A DNA stretch of 64,000 nucleotides from an uncultured delta proteobacterium (GTDB lineage Bacteria > Myxococcota > Myxococcia > Myxococcales > Myxococcaceae). Both the position numbers and the translations under genes were made by a program. The stretch is taken from assembly GCA_963713045.1 (NCBI GenBank), contig CAVQKE010000003.1, positions 1,280,001 to 1,344,000 of the forward strand, written 5' to 3'. Below are positions 21,759 through 31,419 of the stretch, in pieces. A model generated the notes under the pieces. That model saw only the letters and a list, made by a program, of their open reading frames with translations, ran no database searches and was not told the origin of the DNA. Every line of letters begins with the position of its first letter. Position 1 is the first letter of the stretch.

Positions 21759-22493
21759 CTAACTGATTCGCAGTAACTGCTTCACCGTTTCCAAGACCTG
21801 GACAAACTTCACTGGCTTCCCGAGGTAGACATCGACTCCGAGGTCGGTGGCGCGCACCTGCGCTTCCCTCCCACCTCCGCTAATCGCTACCACGGGAACG
21901 GCGCGTAAGCGCGGGTCGGCTTTCATTCGCTGCACCAGCTGAAATCCATCCAGTACAGGCATGTAGAGGTCAGTGACAACCAGGTCAAACGGCCGAGCCT
22001 CCAACTGAGTGAGTGCCCCGTGCCCGTCCTGCGCGAAATGGACTTCCATCGGCACGCGGCCTCCGAGTTCCTCGGCCGCAAGCTTCTTGAGGACGTAACT
22101 GTACATCTCGACGACGTGGGGATTGTCCTCGACCAACAGCACCCGGTAGCCGGAAACGGGCGCGGCTCGCCGGACAGTGCCGTCGCCGAGCATCGCCTCC
22201 AGCCGCTTGCGCGCTTCGCGGTCCGCCACCCGGATGCCGAGGCCGCCCACCGCCTCGGGGCGCGGAAGGCGGACCCAGACCACCTCTCCGCTGAGCGCCA
22301 CCGGCTGCAGCAACCCGGGAAAGGAGACGGCGAGCGAGACGCGCTCGCCTGGGCGCAGCGCCTCGCTGGTTTGGATGAAGAGTCCGCCTCGCGAAAGGTT
22401 CTCGGTCGCATTCAGCGCAGCTGCTCGGTCCTGGAAGTGCACCCGCAGGACGAAGGGGACTCGTGCGTCGCCACGCTTGTCTTCCTCGTCCAT
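21759..22493 (-). CDS. PilZ + receiver domain response regulator (PixA-like architecture)
   Basis: PilZ motifs RGDAR (RxxxR) and NLSRGG; receiver VEDN, DLYMP and KP. Confidence 0.88.
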   Translation of the reverse strand: MDEEDKRGDARVPFVLRVHFQDRAAALNATENLSRGGLFIQTSEALRPGERVSLAVSFPGLLQPVALSGEVVWVRLPRPEAVGGLGIRVADREARKRLEAMLGDGTVRRAAPVSGYRVLLVEDNPHVVEMYSYVLKKLAAEELGGRVPMEVHFAQDGHGALTQLEARPFDLVVTDLYMPVLDGFQLVQRMKADPRLRAVPVVAISGGGREAQVRATDLGVDVYLGKPVKFVQVLETVKQLLRIS

Positions 22494-22509
22494 GGGTAAA
22501 TTCCATCCG

Positions 22510-22539
22510 TTGACAGGGACCCTCGAAAGCCCCTACGAA
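22510..22539 (+). promoter_or_regulatory. Candidate sigma70 promoter of the nuo operon
   Basis: TTGACA-N18-TACGAA, ending 9 nt before the nuoE ATG; no Shine-Dalgarno sequence. Confidence 0.5.
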
Positions 22540-22548
22540 GCCGGCCCG

Positions 22549-23037
22549 ATGGGGTCGCCCTTCTTCTCGGCCGAGGAGCAGCGCGTCTTCGACGCGAAGC
22601 TGTCGGAGATTCTCGCGCACTACCCGGCGGACCGCAAAAGCGCGGCGATGCTGCCCGCCCTCCGCCTGCTTCAGGAATTGAAGGGTTGGCTGTCCCCGGA
22701 CGGCATGGCGCTGGTGGCCAAGGCCCTGGACGTCCCACCGACACGGGCCTACGAAGTCGCCACCTTCTACGTCATGTTTCACACAAAGAAGCCAGGCAAG
22801 CATGTGGTGGACGTCTGTACCAACCTCTCCTGCTCGCTGTGGGGGGCGGAGGACCTCCTCCTCTACCTGGAGGCAAAGCTGGGCCTGAAGGCGGGGACTT
22901 CCAATGAGCGTTGGAAGCTCCGTGAAACGGAGTGCCTGGCCTCCTGCGGGACTGCCCCCTGCCTGCAACTGGACGAGGTCCACCACGAGAGGCTGACCCG
23001 CGGGCGCGTCGACGCCATTTTCGACAAGCTGTCCTAG
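22549..23037 (+). CDS. nuoE: NADH-quinone oxidoreductase subunit E
   Basis: EVATFY; 2Fe-2S ligands CTNLSC and ECLASCGTAP. Confidence 0.94.
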   Translation: MGSPFFSAEEQRVFDAKLSEILAHYPADRKSAAMLPALRLLQELKGWLSPDGMALVAKALDVPPTRAYEVATFYVMFHTKKPGKHVVDVCTNLSCSLWGAEDLLLYLEAKLGLKAGTSNERWKLRETECLASCGTAPCLQLDEVHHERLTRGRVDAIFDKLS

Positions 23038-23050
23038 ACAAGCTGTCCTA
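23023..23050. repeat. Perfect 14-bp tandem duplication spanning the nuoE stop codon
   Basis: GACAAGCTGTCCTA at 23023-23036 and again at 23037-23050. Confidence 0.95.
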
Positions 23051-23081
23051 AAAGACGCCTACCGCAGGGGAAGGAACGCCG

Positions 23082-24416
23082 ATGCTGCCGGCCGCCGAGA
23101 AAGTCATCACCCGGAACTGGGACAAGCCCGACTCCTGGACGCTCGACGTGTACCGCAGCGGTGGGGGCTACCAAGCGCTGGAGAAGGCACTCGGGATGAC
23201 TCCCCAAGCCGTCACCGAGGAGGTGAAGAAGAGCAACCTCCGCGGCCGGGGGGGAGCCGGATTTCCCACCGGGTTGAAGTGGAGCTTCGTCCCCAAGGAC
23301 AGCCCCAAGCCGAAGTACCTGACGGTGAATGCCGACGAGTCCGAGCCCGGGACTTTCAAAGACCGCTACATCCTCGAGCGCGACCCCCACATGCTGCTGG
23401 AGGGAATCGGCATCGCCGCCTTCGCTCTCGGGGCGCACACCGCGTACGTGTATGCGCGCGGAGAATTCAAATTTCAGGCAGAGCGTCTGCTGCGCGCCAT
23501 TGAAGAGGCGTCCCGGGCCGGTATTTTCGGTCCCTCCGTCATGGGCAAGCCGTTCGCCCTCGACGTTTATGTGGTTCGCGGGGCCGGGGCCTACATCTGC
23601 GGCGAGGAGACCGGGATGCTCGAGTCGCTCGAGGGGAAGAAGGGTTGGCCCCGGCTCAAGCCTCCGTTTCCTGCGGTGGTCGGGCTGTTTGGCTGCCCGA
23701 CGGTGGTGAACAACGTGGAAACCATCGCCTCGGTGCCGGCCATCATCCAGCACGGCGGTGAGTGGTACGCCAAGCTTGGAACCGAGAAGTCCGGAGGAAC
23801 CAAACTCATCTGTCTTTCGGGCAGCGTGAAGCGGCCTGGCGTCTTTGAAATCTCGATGCGCACCACCGTCCGACAGCTGATTGAGGACGAGCGCTACGGC
23901 CAGGGCATGCCCGCCGGCCGCAAGGTGAAGGCCGTCATTCCTGGAGGCTCGAGCGCCCCGGTCCTGTCGGCCACTGAATTGGACGTGGAGCTCGAATTTG
24001 AGGCGCTGAAGAAGGTGGACAACATGGCCGGCTCGGGAGGCGTCATCGTGATGGACGACGCCACCTGCATGGTGCGCTGCCTGTGGCGGGTGATTCGCTT
24101 CTATGCCGAGGAATCCTGTGGGCAGTGCACTCCCTGCCGAGAGGGGGCCCCGTGGGCGACTCGGCTATTGCGCAAGCTCGAGGAGGGCCGCGGGGAGCCG
24201 GAAGACCTGGACATCCTGCTGCACGTGGCGCACAGCATCGCCCCCTTCCCCCCGATTGGGCTGGGGAACACCATCTGCGCCCTGGGAGATTCCGTGGCGT
24301 TGCCCATCCACAGCTTCGTGGCCCGCTTCCGGGACGAATTTGAGGCCCACATCTCACAGCACCGCTGTCCCTTCGGCGACCACCCGTGGGGGCACTACGG
24401 GGTTTTCGCCGCGTGA
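23082..24416 (+). CDS. nuoF: NADH-quinone oxidoreductase subunit F
   Basis: LRGRGGAGFPTG, NADESEPG.FKDR, GAGAYICGEET and ESCGQCTPCREG..ICA. Confidence 0.97.
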   Translation: MLPAAEKVITRNWDKPDSWTLDVYRSGGGYQALEKALGMTPQAVTEEVKKSNLRGRGGAGFPTGLKWSFVPKDSPKPKYLTVNADESEPGTFKDRYILERDPHMLLEGIGIAAFALGAHTAYVYARGEFKFQAERLLRAIEEASRAGIFGPSVMGKPFALDVYVVRGAGAYICGEETGMLESLEGKKGWPRLKPPFPAVVGLFGCPTVVNNVETIASVPAIIQHGGEWYAKLGTEKSGGTKLICLSGSVKRPGVFEISMRTTVRQLIEDERYGQGMPAGRKVKAVIPGGSSAPVLSATELDVELEFEALKKVDNMAGSGGVIVMDDATCMVRCLWRVIRFYAEESCGQCTPCREGAPWATRLLRKLEEGRGEPEDLDILLHVAHSIAPFPPIGLGNTICALGDSVALPIHSFVARFRDEFEAHISQHRCPFGDHPWGHYGVFAA

Positions 24417-24931
24417 ACCTCAACGTCCAACAAGTCGTCTTTTTCCTGCTCGCTTTCGCCACGGCGTTTTCTGCCGTCCTGGTCATTGTCGCCCGTAACC
24501 CCATCAATTCGGCGATGGCGCTGGTGGCAACCTTCCTCTTCCTGGCCGCCATCTACGCGCAGCTTTTGGCGCACACCATCGCCGTGCTTCAGGTGCTGGT
24601 CTACGCGGGCGCCATCATGGTGCTCTTCCTCTTCGTCATCATGCTGCTCTCGCTGACCCACGTCGGGGAACCGACGCCGCGGCCAGCCTTCCACCAGGTG
24701 GTGGGGGGCCTCACTGCGGCGGCGGTGCTGGTCGGCCTGTACGTCGCCCTCCTCCGCTGGAATGTGGCGGCCGGTGGTTTGCGAGGACGCGAGCCCCTGG
24801 CCCGCTTCGGCACGCTGGAACAGGTGGGCGGGCTGCTTTACACCCGCTGGCTGCTCCCCTTCGAAGCCGTCTCACTGCTGCTTTTGGTGGCGATGGTGGG
24901 CGCCGTGGTGGTGGCCAAACCCCGCATCTAA
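24413..24931 (+). CDS. nuoJ: NADH-quinone oxidoreductase subunit J
   Basis: QVLVYAGAIMVLFLFVIML and LPFE; GTGA overlap with nuoF. Confidence 0.94.
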   Translation: MNLNVQQVVFFLLAFATAFSAVLVIVARNPINSAMALVATFLFLAAIYAQLLAHTIAVLQVLVYAGAIMVLFLFVIMLLSLTHVGEPTPRPAFHQVVGGLTAAAVLVGLYVALLRWNVAAGGLRGREPLARFGTLEQVGGLLYTRWLLPFEAVSLLLLVAMVGAVVVAKPRI

Positions 24932-24987
24932 AAGAAGGACGGGACTCCTCTTTGCCGAGGGGTCTCGACGGCGCGTCGAGGGAGCCC

Positions 24988-25302
24988 ATGGAACCCAGCC
25001 CGGTCAACTCTCAGCTCTATCTGCTGCTGGCGGCAGCGCTCTTCTGTCTGGGCATGTTCGGCGTGCTGGTTCGCCGCAATGCCCTGGTGGTGTTCATGAG
25101 CATCGAGTTGATGTTGAACGCCGCCAACCTCACCTTTCTGGCCGGCGCCCGGGAGCGGCTGGACAGCACCGGGCACTTGGCCGCCCTGTTCGTCATCGCC
25201 GTCGCCGCGGCCGAGGCCGCGATTGGCTTGGCCATCGTCATTGCGGTGTACCGCAACCGCGGCACCGTCAACGTAGAAGACATCCGTACGATGAAGTACT
25301 AG
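24988..25302 (+). CDS. nuoK: NADH-quinone oxidoreductase subunit K
   Basis: RRN..MSIELMLNA and AAAEAAIGLA. Confidence 0.95.
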   Translation: MEPSPVNSQLYLLLAAALFCLGMFGVLVRRNALVVFMSIELMLNAANLTFLAGARERLDSTGHLAALFVIAVAAAEAAIGLAIVIAVYRNRGTVNVEDIRTMKY

Positions 25303-25317
25303 GCCCCTGCACCGACC

Positions 25318-27555
25318 ATGAGCCTCAGCAGTCTCTCCGAATGGTTCGTCACCTCCTGGGCCAGCCCTCAGGCGCTGTCCGTCTCGTTGTGGCTGATTGT
25401 TGGCTTCCCCGCCGCGGGCGCTCTCATCTGCGGCATTTTTGGCCGGGCGTTGGGCCGCACCTACGTCAACCTGGTCGGCTGCGCCTCGGTGCTGGCCAGC
25501 TTCGCTCTCTCGGTGTTTGCCTTTCAGTCGGTGTGCGACCCGCACACCACCGTCATCCCGACGGCCACCGGCATCCCGGTCCACTTTGCGCTCAGCGGGG
25601 ACTGGGGCGTGTGGTTCTCCGCCGGCACCTTCCAGGCACGCTTCGGCCTGTGGGTCGACCACCTGTCGGCCACGATGTTGATGGTGGTCACCGGGGTGGG
25701 CTTCCTGATTCACCTCTACAGCACCGAATACATGGAGCACGACGAGGGCTACTGGCGCTTCTTCGCCTACCTCAACCTCTTCACCGCCTCGATGTTGACG
25801 TTGGTGCTGGCGGACAACCTGGTGCTGCTCTTCGTCGGCTGGGAAGGCGTCGGGCTGTGCAGCTACCTGTTGATTGGCTTCTGGTACACCGACGCGGCGA
25901 ATGCCTGGGCTGGGCGCAAGGCCTTCATCGTCAACCGGGTGGGCGACTGCGCCTTCCTGGTGGCCATGTTTCTGTTGGTTTTGACGGTCAGCGCCTACGC
26001 CAAGGCGCCTGGGAATGACCCGCCGGCTCTCCTCTTCCAGCAGCGGCGGGTGACCTGGACGCATGCGGTGTCGGCGGCTCCCGGCCCCCTCAACTTCCAA
26101 GTGCTGGAAGAGTTCGCCCGCTACATGCCAGCCTCGACCACCACCGGCAGCCGCGGCGTGCTGGAAGCCAGCATTCCCTCCGGCCCGCTGGCCGGCCACA
26201 CCTACGGCCACACCCTCACCCTCATCTTCCTGCTGCTGCTGCTCGGTTGCGCGGGCAAGAGTGCCCAGTTGCCGCTGTACGTCTGGCTCCCGGACGCAAT
26301 GGCCGGCCCGACACCTGTCTCGGCGCTGATTCACGCCGCCACCATGGTGACCGCCGGCGTCTACCTCTTATGCCGGATGGCGCCGCTCTTGGTGATGTCC
26401 CCGGCAGCCATGGCCACGGTGGCCATCGTCGGGGCCCTGACTGCGCTTTACGCGGCACTCATCGCCTTTGCCCAGGACGACTTGAAGAAGGTGCTGGCCT
26501 ACTCAACCATCAGCCAGCTGGGCTACATGTTCCTCGGGGTGGGCACTGGCGTCTTCTGGGCCGCCATCCTCCACCTGGTCACCCACGCCTGCTTCAAGGG
26601 GTGTCTGTTTTTGAGCGCCGGCAGCGTGATGCACGGCAACGAGGGCGAACTCAACATCAAGAAGCTGGGCGGCCTCTACAAGCCAATGCCCTGGACCACC
26701 TGGTGCTTCGGCATCGCCACGCTGGCCATCACTGGGCTCGCGCCGCTGAGTGGCTTCTTCAGCAAGGACGACATCCTTCACGGCGCCGAGCATTCGCACC
26801 TGGTGGGGTACAGCTGGGTGGGGCCGACCGCCTATGCGATTGGCTCGCTGGGCGCGCTGTGCACTGCCTTCTACATGTCCCGGGCCTTCCTCCTGACCTT
26901 CACCGGCGAGCGCGCCAAGGACGCTCGGGTGCCCCAGGCTCACGAGAGCGGCTGGGTGATGGTGGCGCCGCTGGTCATCCTGGCCGCTCTCTCGGTGGTG
27001 CTGTTGGTGCACGGGCTCCCGGTCTTTCCGGCCGCCGGGAACACACTGAGCCTTGAGCCACAGACGCTGATGCAGATTTTCTTGCGGTCGGTGTTTTACC
27101 TGCCCGACGGGCTGGCGCCGCAGGTGCATTCCCTGCTGCCGGAGACGCCGGCCAGCCCGCTGCCGGGCTTCCTCATCGCCTTCGCCTTGGCCTGGGCGGG
27201 CGGCGGCGCCGCCTGGTACTTCTACAAGCGCTACCTGCCGGCGCGCGCCGGTCGGCCGGTGCCGGCCTTTTTCCAAGCGGTGCACTCCTTCACCGTGCAC
27301 AAGTTTTACGTCGATGAGTTGTACGACACCGTCTTCATCCGCCCCGTCAAGTGGCTCAGCATCGGCCTCTTCCAGGTGGTGGACGAGGGGCTGATTGACA
27401 CGGTGCTGGTGGGCGGGACGGCCTGGGTGACGCTGAAGTTGGGCTCGCTCTTGCGGTACCTGCAGACCGGCGACCTACAGACCTACGCCGCGATGATGGC
27501 CGTCGGGCTGTTGGCCGGGGTCGGCTACGCGCTGTTTGAGGTGCTGGTCAAGTGA
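25318..27555 (+). CDS. nuoL: NADH-quinone oxidoreductase subunit L
   Basis: GWEGVGLCSYLLIGF and GKSAQLPL..WLPDAMAGPTPVSALIHAATM. Confidence 0.96.
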   Translation: MSLSSLSEWFVTSWASPQALSVSLWLIVGFPAAGALICGIFGRALGRTYVNLVGCASVLASFALSVFAFQSVCDPHTTVIPTATGIPVHFALSGDWGVWFSAGTFQARFGLWVDHLSATMLMVVTGVGFLIHLYSTEYMEHDEGYWRFFAYLNLFTASMLTLVLADNLVLLFVGWEGVGLCSYLLIGFWYTDAANAWAGRKAFIVNRVGDCAFLVAMFLLVLTVSAYAKAPGNDPPALLFQQRRVTWTHAVSAAPGPLNFQVLEEFARYMPASTTTGSRGVLEASIPSGPLAGHTYGHTLTLIFLLLLLGCAGKSAQLPLYVWLPDAMAGPTPVSALIHAATMVTAGVYLLCRMAPLLVMSPAAMATVAIVGALTALYAALIAFAQDDLKKVLAYSTISQLGYMFLGVGTGVFWAAILHLVTHACFKGCLFLSAGSVMHGNEGELNIKKLGGLYKPMPWTTWCFGIATLAITGLAPLSGFFSKDDILHGAEHSHLVGYSWVGPTAYAIGSLGALCTAFYMSRAFLLTFTGERAKDARVPQAHESGWVMVAPLVILAALSVVLLVHGLPVFPAAGNTLSLEPQTLMQIFLRSVFYLPDGLAPQVHSLLPETPASPLPGFLIAFALAWAGGGAAWYFYKRYLPARAGRPVPAFFQAVHSFTVHKFYVDELYDTVFIRPVKWLSIGLFQVVDEGLIDTVLVGGTAWVTLKLGSLLRYLQTGDLQTYAAMMAVGLLAGVGYALFEVLVK

Positions 27556-29237
27556 ACGCGGCTCAACTCCAGCCGATGCTGCTGACGCTGGTCATTTTCA
27601 TGCCGGTGCTGGCCGCGGCCCTGCTGATGCTGGTGCCGCGCGAGGAGTTTGGCCAGCTGCGGGCCTGGACGCTGCTCGCCATGCTGCTCGACTTGGGGCT
27701 GACGGCGTTGGCCTACGGCGTCTTCGACCCCAAGGGCGCCGAATTTCAACTGGAGGTGCGGCATCCGTGGAGCGCCGAATTTGGCATCAGCTACCACCTA
27801 GGCGTCGATGGGCTCAGCGTCTCGCTGGTGCTACTGACTGGCTTCCTCGGGCCGGTGGCGGTGCTGTCGTCGTGGAAATTCATCCATCAGCGGGTCAAAG
27901 AATTTCACATTTCGCTGCTGCTCATCCAAGCGGCGATGTTGGGGACGCTGGTCTCGCTCGACCTCATCCTCTTCTACGTCTTCTTCGAGGCGATGCTCAT
28001 CCCGATGTATTTCCTCATCGGGGTCTGGGGTTCGGAGCGGCGCCGCGAAGCGGCGATGAAGTTTTTCCTCTACACGCTGTTCGGCTCGCTGGTGATGTTG
28101 GTCGCCATTCTGGCCGTCTACTTCATCGGCCAGCCGGCCGGGGCGCGCAGCTTCGACTACGGGACGGTTTACAACTCGCTGCTTTCGGCCAACCGACAGC
28201 TGGCCGAGTGCGCCCAAGGGGCGGGCTGCGCCACCCTTTCGCCGCTGGCGCAGACGCTGGGGACGTGGGGACCATGGATGTTCCTGGCCTTCGCGCTCGC
28301 CTTCGCCATCAAGGTGCCGATGGTGCCGCTGCACACCTGGTTACCGGAGGCGCACGTGGAAGCCCCGGTGGCGGGCTCCATCATCCTGGCCGGCGTCATG
28401 CTGAAGATGGGGACCTACGGCTTCTGGCGTTTCGCCATTCCCTTCTTCCCGGTAGCGGCCTACCAGCTGCGTCCATTCTTCGTCCTTCTCTCGGTGGTGG
28501 GCATCGTCTACGGCGCCCTGATGTGCCTGGCGCAGCAGGACGTGAAGAAACTGATTGCCTACAGCTCGGTCTCCCACCTCGGCCTCTGCATGCTGGGGAT
28601 TTTCGCCTTCACTGCCGAAGCCGCCAGCGGCAGCGCCTACCAGATGCTCAACCACGGCGTCTCCACCGGGGCGCTCTTCTGTCTCTTCGGTTTTCTTTAC
28701 GAAAGGCGGCACACCCGGCGCATGGGGGACTTTGGCGGGGTGGCCAGAGTGATGCCCTTCTTCGCCGCTGCCTTTCTGGTGGTGACGTTTTCCAGCATCG
28801 CCGTCCCGGGGACCAATGGCTTCGTCGGCGAATTTCTGGTGCTGCTTGGCACCTTCAAAGCCTCCGCCCTGTGGCTGGGTTACCCGCTTTTGGCCACCAC
28901 CACGGTGATTCTTGGAGCCAGCTACATGCTGTGGATGGTGCAGCGGGTCTTCTTCGGCCCCATCACCCGGCCGGAAAACGCTGGCCTGCGGGACCTGGAC
29001 TTTCGCGAGGGCATCACCACCGCTGCCTTCCTGGTGCTGGTGATGTGGATGGGGCTTCAGCCGCAGCCCCTGTTGGACCGCATTGCACCGGCCACCGGCC
29101 GCTTCATTGCCCGCGCGCAGCTCGGCTCGCCGGACTTTGCCCAAGTGCGTGAAGACGACGTCCGCGTCACCGTGCCCCCGATGGAGGGCGGCAAGCCAGG
29201 GCAACCCCCGGTGGCCGTGATGGCCGTTCCCCGGTAA
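27552..29237 (+). CDS. nuoM: NADH-quinone oxidoreductase subunit M
   Basis: KVPMVPLHTWLPEAHVEAP, LKMGTYG and IAYSSVSH. Confidence 0.96.
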   Translation: MNAAQLQPMLLTLVIFMPVLAAALLMLVPREEFGQLRAWTLLAMLLDLGLTALAYGVFDPKGAEFQLEVRHPWSAEFGISYHLGVDGLSVSLVLLTGFLGPVAVLSSWKFIHQRVKEFHISLLLIQAAMLGTLVSLDLILFYVFFEAMLIPMYFLIGVWGSERRREAAMKFFLYTLFGSLVMLVAILAVYFIGQPAGARSFDYGTVYNSLLSANRQLAECAQGAGCATLSPLAQTLGTWGPWMFLAFALAFAIKVPMVPLHTWLPEAHVEAPVAGSIILAGVMLKMGTYGFWRFAIPFFPVAAYQLRPFFVLLSVVGIVYGALMCLAQQDVKKLIAYSSVSHLGLCMLGIFAFTAEAASGSAYQMLNHGVSTGALFCLFGFLYERRHTRRMGDFGGVARVMPFFAAAFLVVTFSSIAVPGTNGFVGEFLVLLGTFKASALWLGYPLLATTTVILGASYMLWMVQRVFFGPITRPENAGLRDLDFREGITTAAFLVLVMWMGLQPQPLLDRIAPATGRFIARAQLGSPDFAQVREDDVRVTVPPMEGGKPGQPPVAVMAVPR

Positions 29238-29281
29238 GCCCCTTTTCGCTCAGGAAAGCCCGCCAGCAAACATCCGCCCCC

Positions 29282-30862
29282 ATGTTCCCCCTGCCCAACC
29301 TCACTGCCGCCGACTTTCAGCCACTGTGGCCCTCGGTGGTGCTGTCGCTGGCCGGGATTCTGCTTCTTTTGAGCGAGGTGTTCCTCAACGCCACTGCGCG
29401 CGAGGGCGAGGCGGTCCGCACCTACCAGGCGGTGCTGACCGTGGCGGCCAGCGTGGTGGCCGGCCTGTTGGCCTTGGGCCAGGCCTTCGAGCCCGGGCGT
29501 TCGGTGTTTCTCGGGTTTGGGGTGCTCGACCCCTTCAGCAGCTTCGTCACCGCGGTGGTGTGCCTCGGACTCGGCCTGACGGCGCTTCTGTCGGACGGTT
29601 TTCTGCGCAGCCGGCAGGCGGAGCGTGGGGAATTCTATGCCCTCCTCCTGTTTGCCGCGGCCGGGATGAGCCTGCTCGCCATGTCCAGCGAGCTCATCAT
29701 GCTCTTCGTCAGCCTGGAGGTGATGAGCATCTCCACCTACGCGCTGGCCGCCTACTTACGCCGCGGGCCTCGCCCCACCGAGGCGGGCTTCAAGTACTTC
29801 ATCCTCGGCGCCTTCTCCTCGGCGCTCTTCCTCTATGGGGCGGCCCTTCTCTACGCGGCCACCGGCACCACCACCCTTTCCACGTTGGGGGTGGAGGTGG
29901 GCCGAATCTTCTTCACTCCCGCCTTCTCGGACCGCCGCCTGGTGGTGTACTGCGGCATGGCGCTGGTGTCCGCGGGGCTGGCCTTCAAGGTGGCGGCGGT
30001 GCCTTTCCACATGTGGGCACCGGACGTGTACGAGGGGGCCCCGACCCCGGTGACGGCGCTGATGAGTGTCGGGGTGAAGGCGGCCGCCTTCACCGCCCTG
30101 GTGCGGGTCTTCGTCTCCCTCGGCCGCCACGTCGAGCCGGCGGTGCCGGTGCTTCTTTTCTCCACGCTGGCCATCCTCACCATGGTGGTGGGCAACCTGG
30201 TGGCACTGCCGCAGCGCAACGTGAAGCGGATGCTGGCCTACTCCTCCATTTCCCACGCCGGCTACCTGTTGGTGGGCGTCACGGCCCTCTTCGTCCCGGT
30301 GGCGAGGCCGGGGCTGCCGGGGGTGACGGTGCTGGCAGCTGGGGCCCGCGCGGACCAGGCCGATGCGCTGCGCGCCATCCTCTTCTACCTATTGGCCTAC
30401 ACCGTGACGGCGGTGGGCGCCTTCGGCGTGGTGGGCGCGCTGGAGCGCCGAGAGGACGAAACCCGGGGCTTCGGCTGGGACTTGGACCGCTTCAGCGGGC
30501 TGGCCCAGCGGCGTCCAGGCTGGGCGGCGGCGATGGCCGCCTTCATGCTTTCCCTGGGCGGCATTCCCCCGCTGGCCGGCTTCATGGGAAAACTCTTCAT
30601 CTTCCGCGCGGCGGTGGACTCGGGCCTCGTCACCCTGGTGGTGGTGGGCGTCCTCACCAGCGCCTTCGGGGCGTACTATTACCTGCGGGTGGTGGTGTAC
30701 ATGTACATGCGCCCGCCGCCTGAACAGGCCACCTTGGCCCCTCGGCAGTGGGGCACCGAAGTGGCGCTGGCCGTCGCCGTCCTGGCAGTGGTGCTGTTGG
30801 GGGTTGCCCCGGGGCTGGTGTCCCATTGGCTGCTTCCGGCAGGACACCTCTTCGGCCAGTAG
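29282..30862 (+). CDS. nuoN: NADH-quinone oxidoreductase subunit N
   Basis: EAGFKYF, FK..AVPFHMWAPDVYEGAP and KRMLAYSSI.H. Confidence 0.96.
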   Translation: MFPLPNLTAADFQPLWPSVVLSLAGILLLLSEVFLNATAREGEAVRTYQAVLTVAASVVAGLLALGQAFEPGRSVFLGFGVLDPFSSFVTAVVCLGLGLTALLSDGFLRSRQAERGEFYALLLFAAAGMSLLAMSSELIMLFVSLEVMSISTYALAAYLRRGPRPTEAGFKYFILGAFSSALFLYGAALLYAATGTTTLSTLGVEVGRIFFTPAFSDRRLVVYCGMALVSAGLAFKVAAVPFHMWAPDVYEGAPTPVTALMSVGVKAAAFTALVRVFVSLGRHVEPAVPVLLFSTLAILTMVVGNLVALPQRNVKRMLAYSSISHAGYLLVGVTALFVPVARPGLPGVTVLAAGARADQADALRAILFYLLAYTVTAVGAFGVVGALERREDETRGFGWDLDRFSGLAQRRPGWAAAMAAFMLSLGGIPPLAGFMGKLFIFRAAVDSGLVTLVVVGVLTSAFGAYYYLRVVVYMYMRPPPEQATLAPRQWGTEVALAVAVLAVVLLGVAPGLVSHWLLPAGHLFGQ

Positions 30863-30941
30863 CCCCAGCTTCCCCTTGCAGGCGTTGAGGCAGGCCGCCG
30901 ACCCCCGGGGGGGCGCTTCCCCCGTTTGCACGGGCCTGCGC

Positions 30942-30975
30942 TTGACACGTCTACAGTCGTAGTATTACACGTGTC
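30942..30975 (+). promoter_or_regulatory. BlaI-type operator overlapping the promoter
   Basis: TTGACA at 30942-30947; palindrome CTAC-AGTC-GTAG at 30951-30962, resembling the TACA-nn-TGTA box; outer inverted repeat GACACGT/ACGTGTC. Confidence 0.7.
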
Positions 30976-31017
30976 GAACTTCCCCACCCGGGAAGGCCGC
31001 CCCTTTTTGGAGTCGCC

Positions 31018-31419
31018 ATGACGGACACCACCCAACTGACTGACTTGCAGCTGGCCCTGTTGCGCGTGCTGTGGACGCGCGGCGAGGCCACCGTCGCGGA
31101 AGTGGCGGAGGCCCTTCGCCCCGAGCGCGAGCTGGCCCCCACCACCGTCGCCACCCTCCTCAGCCGGCTGGAGAAGCGCCGCGTCGTCTCCCACACCAGC
31201 CGGGCCCGGCAATACGTCTACCGCGCGCGCGTCTCTGAAAAGGCGGTGCGGGCCTCCATGGTGAATGGCCTCACCGAGGCACTCTTCGGGGGAGACGTGA
31301 CGGCCTTGATGAGTCACCTGCTGGACGCCCGCTCTGTAAGCCCTGGAGATTTAAACCGCGTGCGCGACTTGATTGATGGCGCCGAAGCTGCCCTGGAGAA
31401 GGCCAATGACGACCGCTGA
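31018..31419 (+). CDS. BlaI/MecI/CopY-family repressor
   Basis: LT..QL..L..LW..GEATV..V...L.PTTV.TLLSRLEK; GGAG RBS. Confidence 0.93.
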   Translation: MTDTTQLTDLQLALLRVLWTRGEATVAEVAEALRPERELAPTTVATLLSRLEKRRVVSHTSRARQYVYRARVSEKAVRASMVNGLTEALFGGDVTALMSHLLDARSVSPGDLNRVRDLIDGAEAALEKANDDR

